A stretch of 63,736 bases of DNA, the filler included, from Atractiella rhizophila (lineage: Eukaryota), in the NCBI GenBank assembly GCA_021432655.1. It is 3 parts of 3 records of this genome, joined end to end, with 100 filler letters (N's around TTAATTAATTAA, not from the genome) between each part and the next. Parts side by side here need not be neighbours in the genome. Positions count along the whole stretch, not along the records: positions 22,603 to 44,847 come from MU271818.1; 2 more parts are not named here. One strand, given 5' to 3'. Shown one piece after another: positions 24,207-36,056 of the stretch; position 1 is the first letter of the stretch; every line of letters starts with the position of its first letter. Made by a program: the position numbers and the translations under genes. The notes under the pieces were generated by a model. The model was not told the DNA's origin, did not search any database, and was given only the letters and a program-made list of their open reading frames with translations.

Positions 24207-26506
24207 GTACTCATATTCCCGCCTTTATTCCAATACCTCAACGCTCGCTTGTCCTCCAGCCAACCTTCCCTCTCACAAATCCGCCTACAAGCCATCGTCT
24301 CCCTTCTTTTCTCCATTACAACAGTTTATCTAGGCTCGTCAGCAGCTAGCCCCTCAGGATTCCTCCGATGGCTCGTCTTCGGCACCCTTGGGGAGTTTGC
24401 GATAATGATTCTCGAGAGAGAATGGGTACGCAACGGCGGATCCTTCCAAGTTTCAAACGGACAAAACGGCGGCAAAAGTTGGTGGGAGCTCCTGGCCAAA
24501 TCCGCACCAGCTTCTTTAGCAGTATCCGCCCTCCTCACATACCCTTACATGGAGCGGAGTTCGCCTCTCGATCCCGACTACCGATTCCTGACCACTGGTG
24601 GCGCTTACTATTACAACAATTGGTGGTTCGCTGGCGTCGCTTCCGCTTATGGAATCACAGTTTTCTTTGACACTATATCCTTCTTTTACCTCCTGTCTAC
24701 TCCGTCTGTCTCCCTATCCGCAGATGGAATGTTCAATTTCCTCTCCATTGGAGGACTCTTCAAAATGGTCATTCAGCTTGCTCTGGACCAACAGATTGTG
24801 GGAAGGTTAGGATGGATGGGAGGCGGACGGACAATGGGGAAGGGTAGAGGGAATACGGAGGTGTGGTGCTTTGTCGTCGTCCTCGCTTTTCTTGCGGTGT
24901 GGGCGACGTCGAATGGATGGATTTGGAAGGACGGAGATGGAGGGTCGAATGCTTGGAGCCCACAAGAAGAGATGAAGTCTATACCGATGCATAGCAAGAA
25001 CCCATCAAACGATTTCGGGTCAGGAAGCGGAAACGAGAGGCCGTCAACACCTTCATCTCCTTCAGCACATTTCGCGTCCAGTCCAGCCTTCAACCAGGCT
25101 GTCAGGTATCTTAGACTTTCGTTTTTGCCTTTGGGGCTCTTTCTATTATTGTTACTACATCCCTCACAACCTGATGAGCCGCGGACTGTGGACATAGTGG
25201 TACGTTGGTCAGCCTCTCTCCATTTTCGGATTCTGAAGCGATACATTAGATGTCTTACTTTGACGAGCCAATACATGGGCTCTTAATTTCTGTACAAACG
25301 TTCTATTCAAGTCGAGCTTTCACGGATCGGAAGCCTCGCCTCATAATTTATGTCAAGAATGACGAATTAGCAAAATCTGAGGAGCGGCTAAAGAACTTTA
25401 AGGAGGAGACTGGGGCCAGCCACATTGTCACTGGATTGGAGAATTGGGGGAGAGAAAGTGGGGTTCGTCATCTCTTGACCTTTCCTCCTCGCCCTGAAAC
25501 GTGATTTGTTTGGCTTATGGTGATGTAGACCTATTTAAGACACATTATAATCAATTACAATACGACGAGAGAAAGTGTCGAGGGACACCGACGGTGCGAT
25601 GGAATCTGTGCGCAACCTCCGTTTCCGGTTCTCTTTCGGCCGCTTAACTTTGATTGGATGCGCAGCGTGTCCTCTAGGTTTAGCGACGCATACGCTTTTG
25701 TATGATTTCTTGTGTTCGTCCTGGGTTCGATTGGTGACCCTTCCCCAGCATTCAACCTCACTTGAGTTGGGAGCGGCTAGCAGTCACTAGATATGAGCTT
25801 CTTGGTCAGTTTGCTTTGTTTTTGTATTTCGCTGGCTCTGAACCCAGGTCACTAATGCAACAGAGGACCACACCGGTTTCATGACCGGGACTGTGTGGCT
25901 GCGAAGTGATTGTGGAAAGGATGGAAGGGGAAATGGGGAGTTCCCTAGAATGGCTCAGATCTACACCATGTTCAGGGAAGAGGTGCGTAATACTGGGGTT
26001 CGGCACTAGTTCCTCTAGGGACTGAATTCTTCCTCAGCCTTGCCCTCCAACGAACCAGTTGGCAACTTATTCGGGCCAGTTCTTTGCCAGTCGGCGGAGG
26101 ATCCGAGAGAACAAATGGAGCGCATATAAAGAGCTGGATGACCTACTGGAGGTAGGTGAACTTGCTGAATTAGAGCTTGGCTGACACCTTCTGCAGGCTC
26201 CAGCAGGCCACCCGATATATCAAGAAGGTGACTGGTGGAAGTATCACGGGGAACCAGGGCCAACAAATCCATACTTGGTGCAATCTTTTTCTGTTTTAGG
26301 GAACTCGCTGCTTACGTTTTGTTTGTTATTAAGGGACATGCGGTGGAGCGTAGGCAAGTTTTCTGCGACCTAAAGACGCAACCTAACCTGCTTCCAGTTG
26401 GCCCACGATCTTCAATTGTATTGACCCAACAATGGCCGAGCGCTGTTTCGATAGCGACTGGATTGCCCGTAGAAGGGACTGTCAATGCTATGATGTGGAT
26501 TCATGA
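24207..26506 (+). CDS. Polytopic membrane protein with C-terminal DUF3431-like domain (5' exons unresolved)
   Basis: Many hydrophobic segments, then spliced motifs VDIVV, LENWGRESG-TYLRHII, LATHTLF, GQFFASRRRI, GHAVERSW and a Cys-rich end CQCYDVDS*. Confidence 0.72.
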
Positions 26507-28335
26507 TCAACAAGTGGACACCCGAATCGAATTCTTGCATTCGCTAGTGGTGGGTCCCGTCCCAAGTTCATTTCCCTCTCAAATGAAGGGCGTCACCTAT
26601 CGTCATTTCTTTGCCCCTGTTATGATCCTATCCTCTCTCTAGCAACGGTACACTTCCAACTCTCTCAGTTTCTGGTTGATAATGATGCAATTGTCGCGCT
26701 TGGGCGGGAGATGATCGATCCAGGTTGCGCCACACCAAAAAGGACCAAAGCATAATGAAGTTGTTGAGTTCACATTAATATTTACGGTTTGTCGAAAGTT
26801 TGACCAACTTGTCCCGCTTGACTGGGTGAACACTTGGTCTGAATCTTCGCATCCCATTTTGGGGTCAGTTCCATGACATCCTAGGATGAGAACGAAAGCG
26901 AGGTAACCTTGCGCTTGAGCCTGCGAGCCAATGACCGAACTCTTGGGGTGACAGCTTTGGGAACACTTCCCTTTCCTTCTTGCTTTCTACCGCTGTTGAC
27001 CGCTCCATAAAAGGAGCTCAGTGTCAATTTCGCATCAGAGGCTGCTCATTTCAAATCTTCATTTCGTTTTGTCCCTTCATTTTGCAGGTAGTTTTTGTGT
27101 CATCAGTCTTTGGGAGGCATGAATGCAACGGAAGAAGTATACGTCTGGAGGAAGGCATCAAGCAAGCTTTATTCCCTGGCAGATTTTAACATCCTTCACG
27201 GGTCCAGCTCTCCTGACGAGATTGTAGTGATTGGTAAGTACGGTAGTCCTCTCGTATACAACCCAGACTGAACCATTATGCAGTTTTCCCAGCAGGTTTG
27301 TGAGCTCCACCACGCACAACCATTAACGCAACATCCTTCTCAGCTTCATATCAAAGGGTATTAGACATGAACGGAGTGGAGTACTTTCCTTCTTCCAGTG
27401 ATGGACTTGTGTGGCTACGAGGTGAGTAATTGGGTTATTTCCTTTCAATCGAACCAAATTGCCCTTGCCCTTCCCTTGAACACCCCTATTTCCGGTCTCC
27501 GGTTCGGTTCTAAGCCTGGCTGAATTAACTGGATCTGTTGTGCTTTTAGGTCAATCGTGGGTTTTCCACTCCGAAGAATCATGCGAACTCAATCTAATGA
27601 AAATCGGAAAGGTGTGTGTGCCAAAATTTCGACATTCAAAACAAATGTGATTACGTCCTCTGCCTAACTTTGAAAGTACACGCTGATGGGGTGAATGTTC
27701 AGACAAGCGTCCTGCTGTCATCAGAAAACACTTTATTTCTTGCAGACTCAGGGCGCAACTCGTTGGCGACAACGACCCCATCAAAACGTGCTGCCTTTTA
27801 TGGGACACTATGTGATTCCATCCGCTTCAAGCCTTCAAAAATTCATCATTCAGTGCTCAAGCACTCAAGAACGCTCTTCTTTCCGATTTGTTCTGGATGC
27901 TTTCCTCTGTTCCGGTTTCCTTCTCAACTCTGCATACGTGCCCACGGAAGTATCTTGCCCTCACAAGTCTCATTATCCATTCTTCTGCTTGTATCACCAT
28001 CTACCCTGGGTTACCTCGGAAGCGTCAATCATGTTTAGAGATCAGATCTTTTGAAGTCTTTCGCGGTCCGCTTCAGGAGCCTGAACTTGAAATAGCTCGT
28101 AGCTCCTATCTAAATATTTGAGTATTTGAGTATTCACTTGCGGTTTACTCGGTCAGGATTCAGGATTGAGCATGCCTGTTCTGAGAATGCGCTCGCGTGG
28201 CGCGTTTCTCCAGCTTTGATCATATCCTGCCATGCTTTTGGCGAATTGGCTTAGTTTCCATGCTAACTAACGACTGAAAATCACACCTCCATAGATCAAG
28301 GTCAGGAGCTGCCAATGCATCTCGGTGAAAATAGA

Positions 28336-29177
28336 TCAAGCTCTCTCCCACTTGCTCTCAATTTCCAAGACAGACACAGGGTTTCCCGCCTATCCCCCTT
28401 TGCGTGAACCTCCGCCCTCTCGTCCGAGATGTGGATGCCCCTTACCTTCTCATCGTAATCCGTCCAGTCCCCTTCGTCCTCCTCAATCTCAAATTCGAAC
28501 TTTGTACCACTCTCGTTGCCCTCGCAGAGCCAGGTTCCCTATCCAATCAGATTGTTTCTTAGCATTCCTCTGGAGAAGAGACAACGAACCTTTGGAACGA
28601 AACTCGTGAACTCGCATCCTCTACATTCTACAACAAGGAGGGGAGAGAACTTTTGGCTTTCGGAGGATTCGAAAGAATAACTGGCTGTTGGAGGAAGAGA
28701 AGAATCGAAGGCTGGCAGGCGCGATCAAGAACCATTCAGGTGTGCTGATCTGAATTGGAGATAGAGCAGAACGCACTAGCAGACGCCTCGCGTTTGCAGA
28801 AGCCACACTTCCAAACAAAGTTGGCCGTTCCTCTGGATCCTGTCAAAGGACGCTCTTCCTGGTTGACGCATCATCAGTAGTTTTCCAGGAAAAGAGTGAA
28901 ATACGAACATTCCTCGCGATCGCTATTGGTTTTGGGTGAGGTTCATGGCAAGAATTACATGTTACCTATCTCAGCATGTAGACGGCATCAGATGTAAGGA
29001 TAAAACGTTACGAAACAACATACACCAAAGAACCACGTAAACGATTCGGGTTCCTTTGGCCGCAAGGAAGTGACGTTTTCAAGAGTTGCTTTAATTAGGA
29101 GTTTAAGTTTCTGATCACAAATCACAATCAGAGTCGCTTCCAAGGTTCCAGTAGCAGCAGAAAACACCCACTACCAT
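28336..29177 (-). CDS. CZIB: CXXC zinc-binding protein (DUF866/UPF0587), multi-exon, absent from the ORF track
   Basis: MVKLKLLIKATLENVTSLRP..VTCNSCHE..SRGTANFVWKCGFCKRE..VECRGCEF..ESGTKF..DWTDYDEKAGNPVSV..WERA*. Confidence 0.9.
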
Positions 29178-29429
29178 TCTGATATGATTGGTTGCCGGAC
29201 AAACTTCACGTGATCGGTCAGAAATTGTTACAAACGTAGTTTCAGACTACAATTCCGATTCCGAAAGTATTGCCTGTTACGTAACCCAGCGGTCGGAAAT
29301 GCATCCCCTCAAAGTGCCACGTAGCACCTCCAAAACTTTAAGACTAGCAAACGCTCTTGGTCTTCCCCATCTTCAAAAATACCAGCATCAAAGTGCCTTT
29401 AGAGGACGTCAGTACTTGTCTAGACCGGC
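29178..29429. promoter_or_regulatory. Compact bidirectional promoter with ACGT-core (bZIP/UPRE-like) sites
   Basis: 252 bp between divergent ATGs; CACGTG 29207, AACGTA 29233, TTACGTAA 29277, GCCACGTAGC 29316, GACGTCA 29405. Confidence 0.45.
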
Positions 29430-32400
29430 ATGAAGATGCAGCTGTCTCAGCTCCTTCTCCGCCTGCTTCCCCTGCTGCCACTCGCTTTCTCTCAAGTTCA
29501 GGTCCCCCTTGAGGCTCAAGGGTTGTCAGTCGAGCAAGCCGAAGCTATCCGGGATGCAGGTGAAAGTGTGCAATTTGAGGTTCGTGCGCTTGCCCCCAAG
29601 AGTAAAATTCAACTAAGGCCATTTGTGGCATAGTCGGACATCTCACGTCTCATGCGAGTCGTCGTCTCCCATTTGTACCACGACAGAGATGTCTTCCTCC
29701 GAGAACTAGTTTCAAACGCAGGAGACGCTTTAGAGAAGCTGAGAGTGGTGTCCTTGACCGAACCGAAGGTTATGGACGGCGCTGGAGAGCTTAATGTTAC
29801 GATTAGCGTGGTAGGAAAGAAAGGAGAGAAGGGGAGCAGGATTGTGCTTCGTGGTGTGCATTTGTGCTCAAGAGCTGCGTTGATGCCAGTTTAACACGGG
29901 CGCTAGATACTGGTATTGGAATGACAAAGGAGGAACTCACCAAGAACCTGGGTACAATCGCAAGGTCCGGAACGAGCGAGTTTTTGTCAAAAGTGGAAGG
30001 AGAGGGCAGCGGAAAAGGGAGCAACTTGATTGGTCAAGTAGGTCATCATTTTGCATTTTCTGCTCACACCGTTGACGAGATTCAAAGTTCGGACTCGGTT
30101 TCTACTCCTCCTTCCTCGTCGCTGACCGCGTCACCGTCGCCTCCAAGTCGCCCAACAGCGAGAAGCAGTACGTTTTCGAGACTTCTGCTGATGCGAGCGC
30201 GTTCAAAATTGCCGAGGATCCTCGAGGAAATACACTGGGTCGTGGAACGGAAATCACTCTGTATGCCTACCATTCAAGACATTGCTACACTGTTGAACTA
30301 ACTCGCCCCTGATAGATACCTCAAGGATGATGCACTCCAATATGCTGACCCTCAGAAACTGGCTAAGTTAATATCTAAGAACTCCGAGTTTGCAACGACC
30401 TCTCCCATTTATTTGTGGGAGGAAAAAACAGTGGAGGTTCCAGATCCAGATGCCCAAGAAGAGGAGGATGAGAAGGAAGAGAGCGAGGAGGAAGAAGACG
30501 AGCTAAAGGTAGAGAAGACGCAGAAAATGAAGAAACTTCAGGTTGGCGAATTTAGGAAACTCAATAGCTTGGCTCCAATTTGGATGAGGGAACCAAAAAC
30601 TATTGAAGAGGCGGATTATCAGGATTTCTTCAAGGCGACGTTCAAGGAGAGGCAGGAGCCTGTGGCCTGGACGCACTTCAAGGTATTCCGTCCTCTTCTG
30701 GTAGACAGAGGCCTAAATCACTTGGTGAATGCGCAGGGAGACACAGATTTGACAACCTTCCGAGCTCTTGTTTACCTACCGAAAGATCTCCCCAACGAGT
30801 TCTTCGCAAAAAGCTATCAATCGATGAACTCGCTGAAGCTCTTCGTCAGAAGGGTTTTCATCACCTCCGACATTGGGGAGAATTGGATGCCCAAATGGTT
30901 GAACTGGGTTAAAGTACGTCGTCTTAATTCTTAATGAGCATATTGAAGAAATTGAGGGTGGCCTTTAGGTTATCATTGACGCAGATGATTTGCCACTGAA
31001 CGTTGGAAGAGACAGTCTGCAAAAGAATAAGAGCCTGGCGCAAATCAAGAAGAACGTAATTAAGAAGGTGCTTTCTGTCCTCACTACTGTCGAAATTCTT
31101 GCTAATGCTGAACAGGTCATCGATCTATTCCACTCATTGACCACTGACGAAGAAAAATACATCCCCATATACCTCAAGTCGTCCGTCGCCCTGAAAATCG
31201 GCGCCATTGAAGACACAAAGCTGAGGGACCGTCTCATCAAACTCCTTCGCTTTGAATCGTCCGCCGTCCCGAACGGAAACTATACTTCATTAGATGGATA
31301 TGTAGAGAGGAGAAAGAAAGGTCAGGAGCAGATCTACTACATCGCTGCCGCGGGCATGGATAGGAAAGATGTCGAGAAGAGTCCGTTTGTGGAGAAGTTG
31401 ATTGCTAGAGGTTACGAGGTCCTCTACTTTACCGACCCCATCGATGAGATGATTGTCGGACAGTTAAGAAAGTACAGAACTTTCACTTTCCAAGGTAAGC
31501 CGTATTTTCACTCCACGTTCTTCACCACAATATAAACGGTGCTGGGTAGACGTCGCGAAGAAGGGTCTGAAGTATGGGGATGAAGATGAGGATGAGAAGG
31601 AAGAGTTGGAAGCCTTGACAGAAGAGTTTAAGCCGCTTATCGACCATATCAAGCCAGTTCTAGAAGAGTTTGTCGGAGATAGTACGTCTTTCCTTGCTTT
31701 GATTATTTCAGCTTCCAACCAAAGGCAAATAGTCCTCGTCTCGACCCATCTCACCACTTCGCCCTCTGCCGTCCTTGTAGACAACTACGCTTGGACCGGT
31801 AACATGGAGCGTTTGATGGCGGCTCAAAATCAGGCGAAGGGCGATAACGATTTCATGCGACAAATGATGAAGACGCAGAAAAAGACATTCGAAATCAACC
31901 CCAAGCATCCTCTGATTCGTGCACTTTTACAAAAAGTCAAGGAATTGGAGTATCTTGAGGGTGAGGAAAAGCAGGAGGAGGAAAAGGCTGTCAAGGAAAT
32001 TTTGTGGATTCTTTGGGACACAACTTCTGTTAGAAGCGGGTTCCAGATCAGGGATATCGAGGAGTAAGCAGTTTCTCTCACGATGTGAATCTCGAGTTAA
32101 CTTGCTGCATAGGTATTTTGGACGAGTCGAAATCCTGCTGCGTCGGGCAGTCGGCATTTCCGAGACCTCCAAAGCTCCTGTGGACGTGAAACCAGCTCCC
32201 GCTGTGGAAGAAGGTCCGCTGCCCGAAGATGAGCCTGATTTCCTATCGCGATTCGGAGGTAGAAGAGCGCCCCGAGACGAAGACGACGAAGATGAGGATG
32301 AGGAGCCTCAACTGCCAAATGTAGGCACGCCTCCTGATGTTAACCCTGAGAATATTCAGTGGGAGAACTGGCATGAGATCAAAGATAAGATCCGTAAGGA

Positions 32401-32434
32401 GCAGCCAGAGAAGTTTGAGCATGATGAGTTGTGA
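29430..32434 (+). CDS. HSP90B1: ER Hsp90 (endoplasmin/GRP94)
   Basis: Signal peptide [79 protein letters not shown]-terminal HDEL. Confidence 0.95.
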
Positions 32435-32828
32435 GCGAAAAGTTTGGGTTGTGGTGTAAATTATCTCCATAGCTGAGTTCAGAATGCATAGCGTTGAACC
32501 TGGACAAGGGTTAGATCCAAAAAGAAATGAGCATACTAGTAGTCTCGCTGGAAGGATTACGTGTGGAGTAACACTGTCCAGTCTCATCAAAAACATCATA
32601 CTCTTGATACCGGTCAAGCTGCTGTTCAGATTTAAGCACGACGCTTAGCTTGATTTACCAGCTCATGGCTCAAAAATCGATGAGGGTTGTGCTTAGCTCT
32701 CCTCTTCTTCTCTTCTTGGGTGAGCGGCTGCTGTTGCTGTTGCTATTGTTCATTTGCCGCTTTAGTACCAGACTACGTGATTGTAGTGAGCCAACAAACG
32801 ACGAAGTCGAGAAGGCACAGAAGGCACG

Positions 32829-33773
32829 ATGTCCACTGCCCCAGTGCTCGCAAGCTTAGATCCCCTTCCCGTGTACTACTGCACAGGTTCGTGCATATAC
32901 TGTCAAATTTTAAGAAAGATCTGATCCCGTCTCCCTTTGACATGATAGTCTGTTCTCTCCCTCCTGAATACTGTTCTTACGGTTCCAAAGCGTCCAAGTT
33001 TGTATTTCTATCAATTCTATTCCAATTATGCAAGAACATAAATGTTGTTTATGACCGCATAATGTTGTAGATGCCGCACAGCACTGGAAAAGTCTAATCC
33101 TTCCCTCTACGAGTCAATCTACTCAGAGTCAGCCGTGGCATCAACCCTTGAAAATCTGACCCTTGAGCAGAGGGAGGCGCTGGAGAAGGATGTAAAGAAG
33201 AAAGAACGAAAGGAGGAGCAGAAGGAGCAGAAGGCGGCTGAACGCAGAGCTGTGAGTCCCTACTGGTTCTCCTGAGCATGAATTGTTGATTGGCGATTCG
33301 GATCGGTGTGTAGGCGAGCAAGGTGACGATCAGACGGGTAGAGAGGAATAAGAGGAAGCACGTCACGCATATTCAAGGGTTAGAGGTTTTCAGTTCGTCT
33401 CACTCCTCTCTTTCTCCTAGTCGCCTGCAGCAGCCTGAGGCTAAATAATATTATGTTCACGACATTTTAGATGTGGATCTGAAGAAAGCAGCCAAGTTAT
33501 TTGCCACCAAGTTTGCGACTGGAAGCTCGGTATCGAAAAATCCACAAGGAGAAGAGGAGATCGTAATCCAAGGAGACGTCGCTTACGAGGTCTGTGCGTT
33601 CTTCAACGACCGAAACCGATGCTGATGTTGCTCGACACTGTGTTGGTGGTCAGGTGCAAGATCTCATCGTTGAACCTGAAGGGAAGATGAAAGATGTACT
33701 TGGAGGCGGTTCGATTGAAGAAGACAACGTTGTGGTGGTGGACAAGACCAAGAAAAAGAAGCCCACAGAATAA
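32829..33773 (+). CDS. TMA22: Translation machinery-associated protein 22 (DENR, SUI1 domain)
   Basis: VYYCTVCSLPPEYC, ERNKRKHVTHIQGLE, DLKKAAKLFATKFATGSSVSKNPQGEEEIVIQGDV. Confidence 0.92.
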
Positions 33774-33927
33774 GGCAATATTGTCACCGACCTATTCAAC
33801 TTGAAAATCAAGTCAAGTCAAACACGCAGATCTCACCACCCATGGAATGTTGTTTAGAAGGAAGGTGTAGTCGTATCTTGTGTTACATTACAATACAATT
33901 CTTGTGTGACAAAGGAACAGGGCGAGC

Positions 33928-35709
33928 TTAGAACTGCCGTTGACACTTCGTGGCTAACGTGGGGACCCTAACAGCCTTTGGGGATCCAACGAAATCATCC
34001 GAATCCATTGTCTCCCCTCCGTGCTTCTCATTCTCATTCTCCGTCACTTTCACTGCCTCTACCTCTCCTTCCTCTGAGCTAGTCCTCGTTTCCAGAGTTC
34101 GTGGAGGAGGAATCTCAACTGGAATTGGGGCAACAGCCGGCTCTTGCTGAGCTTTTTTAGTGCTGCCACTCAACCACTGCCCCCAGTGGTACTTAGTAGG
34201 TTTAAAATAGGAAGCGAGAAAGTCCATAGACGGTGGCAGATGGAAGACGAACAGGGAGCTCCAAGGCCTCTGCAGATGTTGGGCGATCATGTTGATTGTA
34301 CGCCAGACAGCGACGAAGGAAGTCTCGCGCTACATAAATGAACATTGAGCGGGGATGCGAGTGAAAGAAGGGAAGATGAATGGAAAAGCGAAGACGAACC
34401 GTCCGCACTGATCTGTGTGCTATTCGGGAACTTGACACCGTTCCGACATTGGTGTACGAAGTCCCTGTTGATTGCTGCTTTGAAGGGGAAGCGACCGAAA
34501 AGGAGGAGGAAAGTTATTACACTGTATGATGATTCACAGAATTGTAATGAGATCGGATTTGAAAGAGGATGGGAGAAACTCGCCCAAGTGCAAAGACGTC
34601 CACTTTCTTGCCATAACCTCTCCGCTCAACCATTTCAGGAGCTGACACCAGATTATTCAGTCGGTCGCTCATCGCTACCTAAAAACACGAACCTATGTAC
34701 CCAGGACTACCGACGATGTCCGTCATCTTATGTAGTTCGTGACCTTCATCCCATTCATACTTTCTGCACACACCAAAATCCGCAATAAGACAATCAAATG
34801 GTGGTCCTTTCGAAGTTCTCAGGAAAATGTTTTCGAGTTTAAGATCACGGTGGATCACTCCCCAATGATGGACGTAAGATAACGCCGTCTGTAATCCACA
34901 TATTTCATTGTAAGCATGAAGAAGAGAATGAAGAGAGCGAGTGACAGACCATCAGGTCCAGAACCATTGGTCTTACGAGGTGCTCAGGAAACTTGCCAGA
35001 TCTTTCAACGCGATCGTACAGTTCTCCCCCCGCCGCAAGTTCAAATATCATGTAGTACGATGATCTGTCCCCAAAATCGCTCATCAGTTATATTCGATTG
35101 TACTGACGAGGACGGACTTGGAAGTGAACCAATCGAACAGCTTCACTATTACCAAATATCGCTCTCTCAGCTCAAGGTGTAAGCTAGACGTCGTGAAGAA
35201 GCATGGATGACAGACCACAATGTGGATGCTCTAACGACGTGAGGCGCGTCAGGCCATCCTCTTGCTCCTCTGGTCTTCCTTCCAAGCTTCAGTTAAGCTC
35301 CTTTGTCAAGCAAAAGGAACAACGCACGACCGTGATATTCGGTCTCGTGGGACGACTTTCATAGCCACTTCCATAGGTGGGTTGTGTGAGTTCCTACATA
35401 ATCAACACAGCGATGGGATGGGAGTCAGTTGTGGTGCCGCGGGAACGCTAAGGCGGAGAAGCGAGTTAGAGTAGATGGATGGACAAACCAACGACACTGT
35501 GTCACCTCCCTAGACGCCACTCATCAGCTTACTTCGAAGCGTGCTAAACATGCAGAGGGGAACGAACCCATAGCTCCCTTTACCCAGTCGCTTTCCCCAA
35601 CTGAACTCCTTCTTTTTGATGTGGGCTTCGGACTGTGCCCGAGCAAGGTTAGCTATGTGGGCTTGTCAAAAACGGGCTGAGAAAGACATACATGATGAAA
35701 GAATTTCAT
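33928..35709 (-). CDS. CAMK-group Ser/Thr kinase (Cmk1-like), many small exons
   Basis: [80 protein letters not shown]. Confidence 0.85.
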
Positions 35710-36056
35710 GGTACTGCTCGCTCTCTTCTCTTCAGCTCGTTCGTCTAGAAATTTACTCGATTTCTCGGTCCGAGTCGGTCGTTCTTTGGAACCGATAAAG
35801 TTTATGATCAAAGTTGGCGATCGTTTTGGAGTCAGGGACGACCAATAACACCGGCGCATCACACTGATTGGCTATCCAGACATCCACAGAACGCCAGCTA
35901 TCTCGCTAGGAATAGCCAGAAGACTGACTACTGAGTATTCATAAAAGCATAGGTCGGTTGTTTTCTAACCTTCCCGGTCCCTACTAGTCGTGTCCTCAAA
36001 AACTTCATCATTATCCAGTGCGACGCCCTCCTCGACTCAACTATTAGGTGGCAAAG

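Noticed and set aside
26560..28100. Short ORFs on both strands
   Set aside because: No coherent protein could be assembled; the region contains TE-end-like relics.
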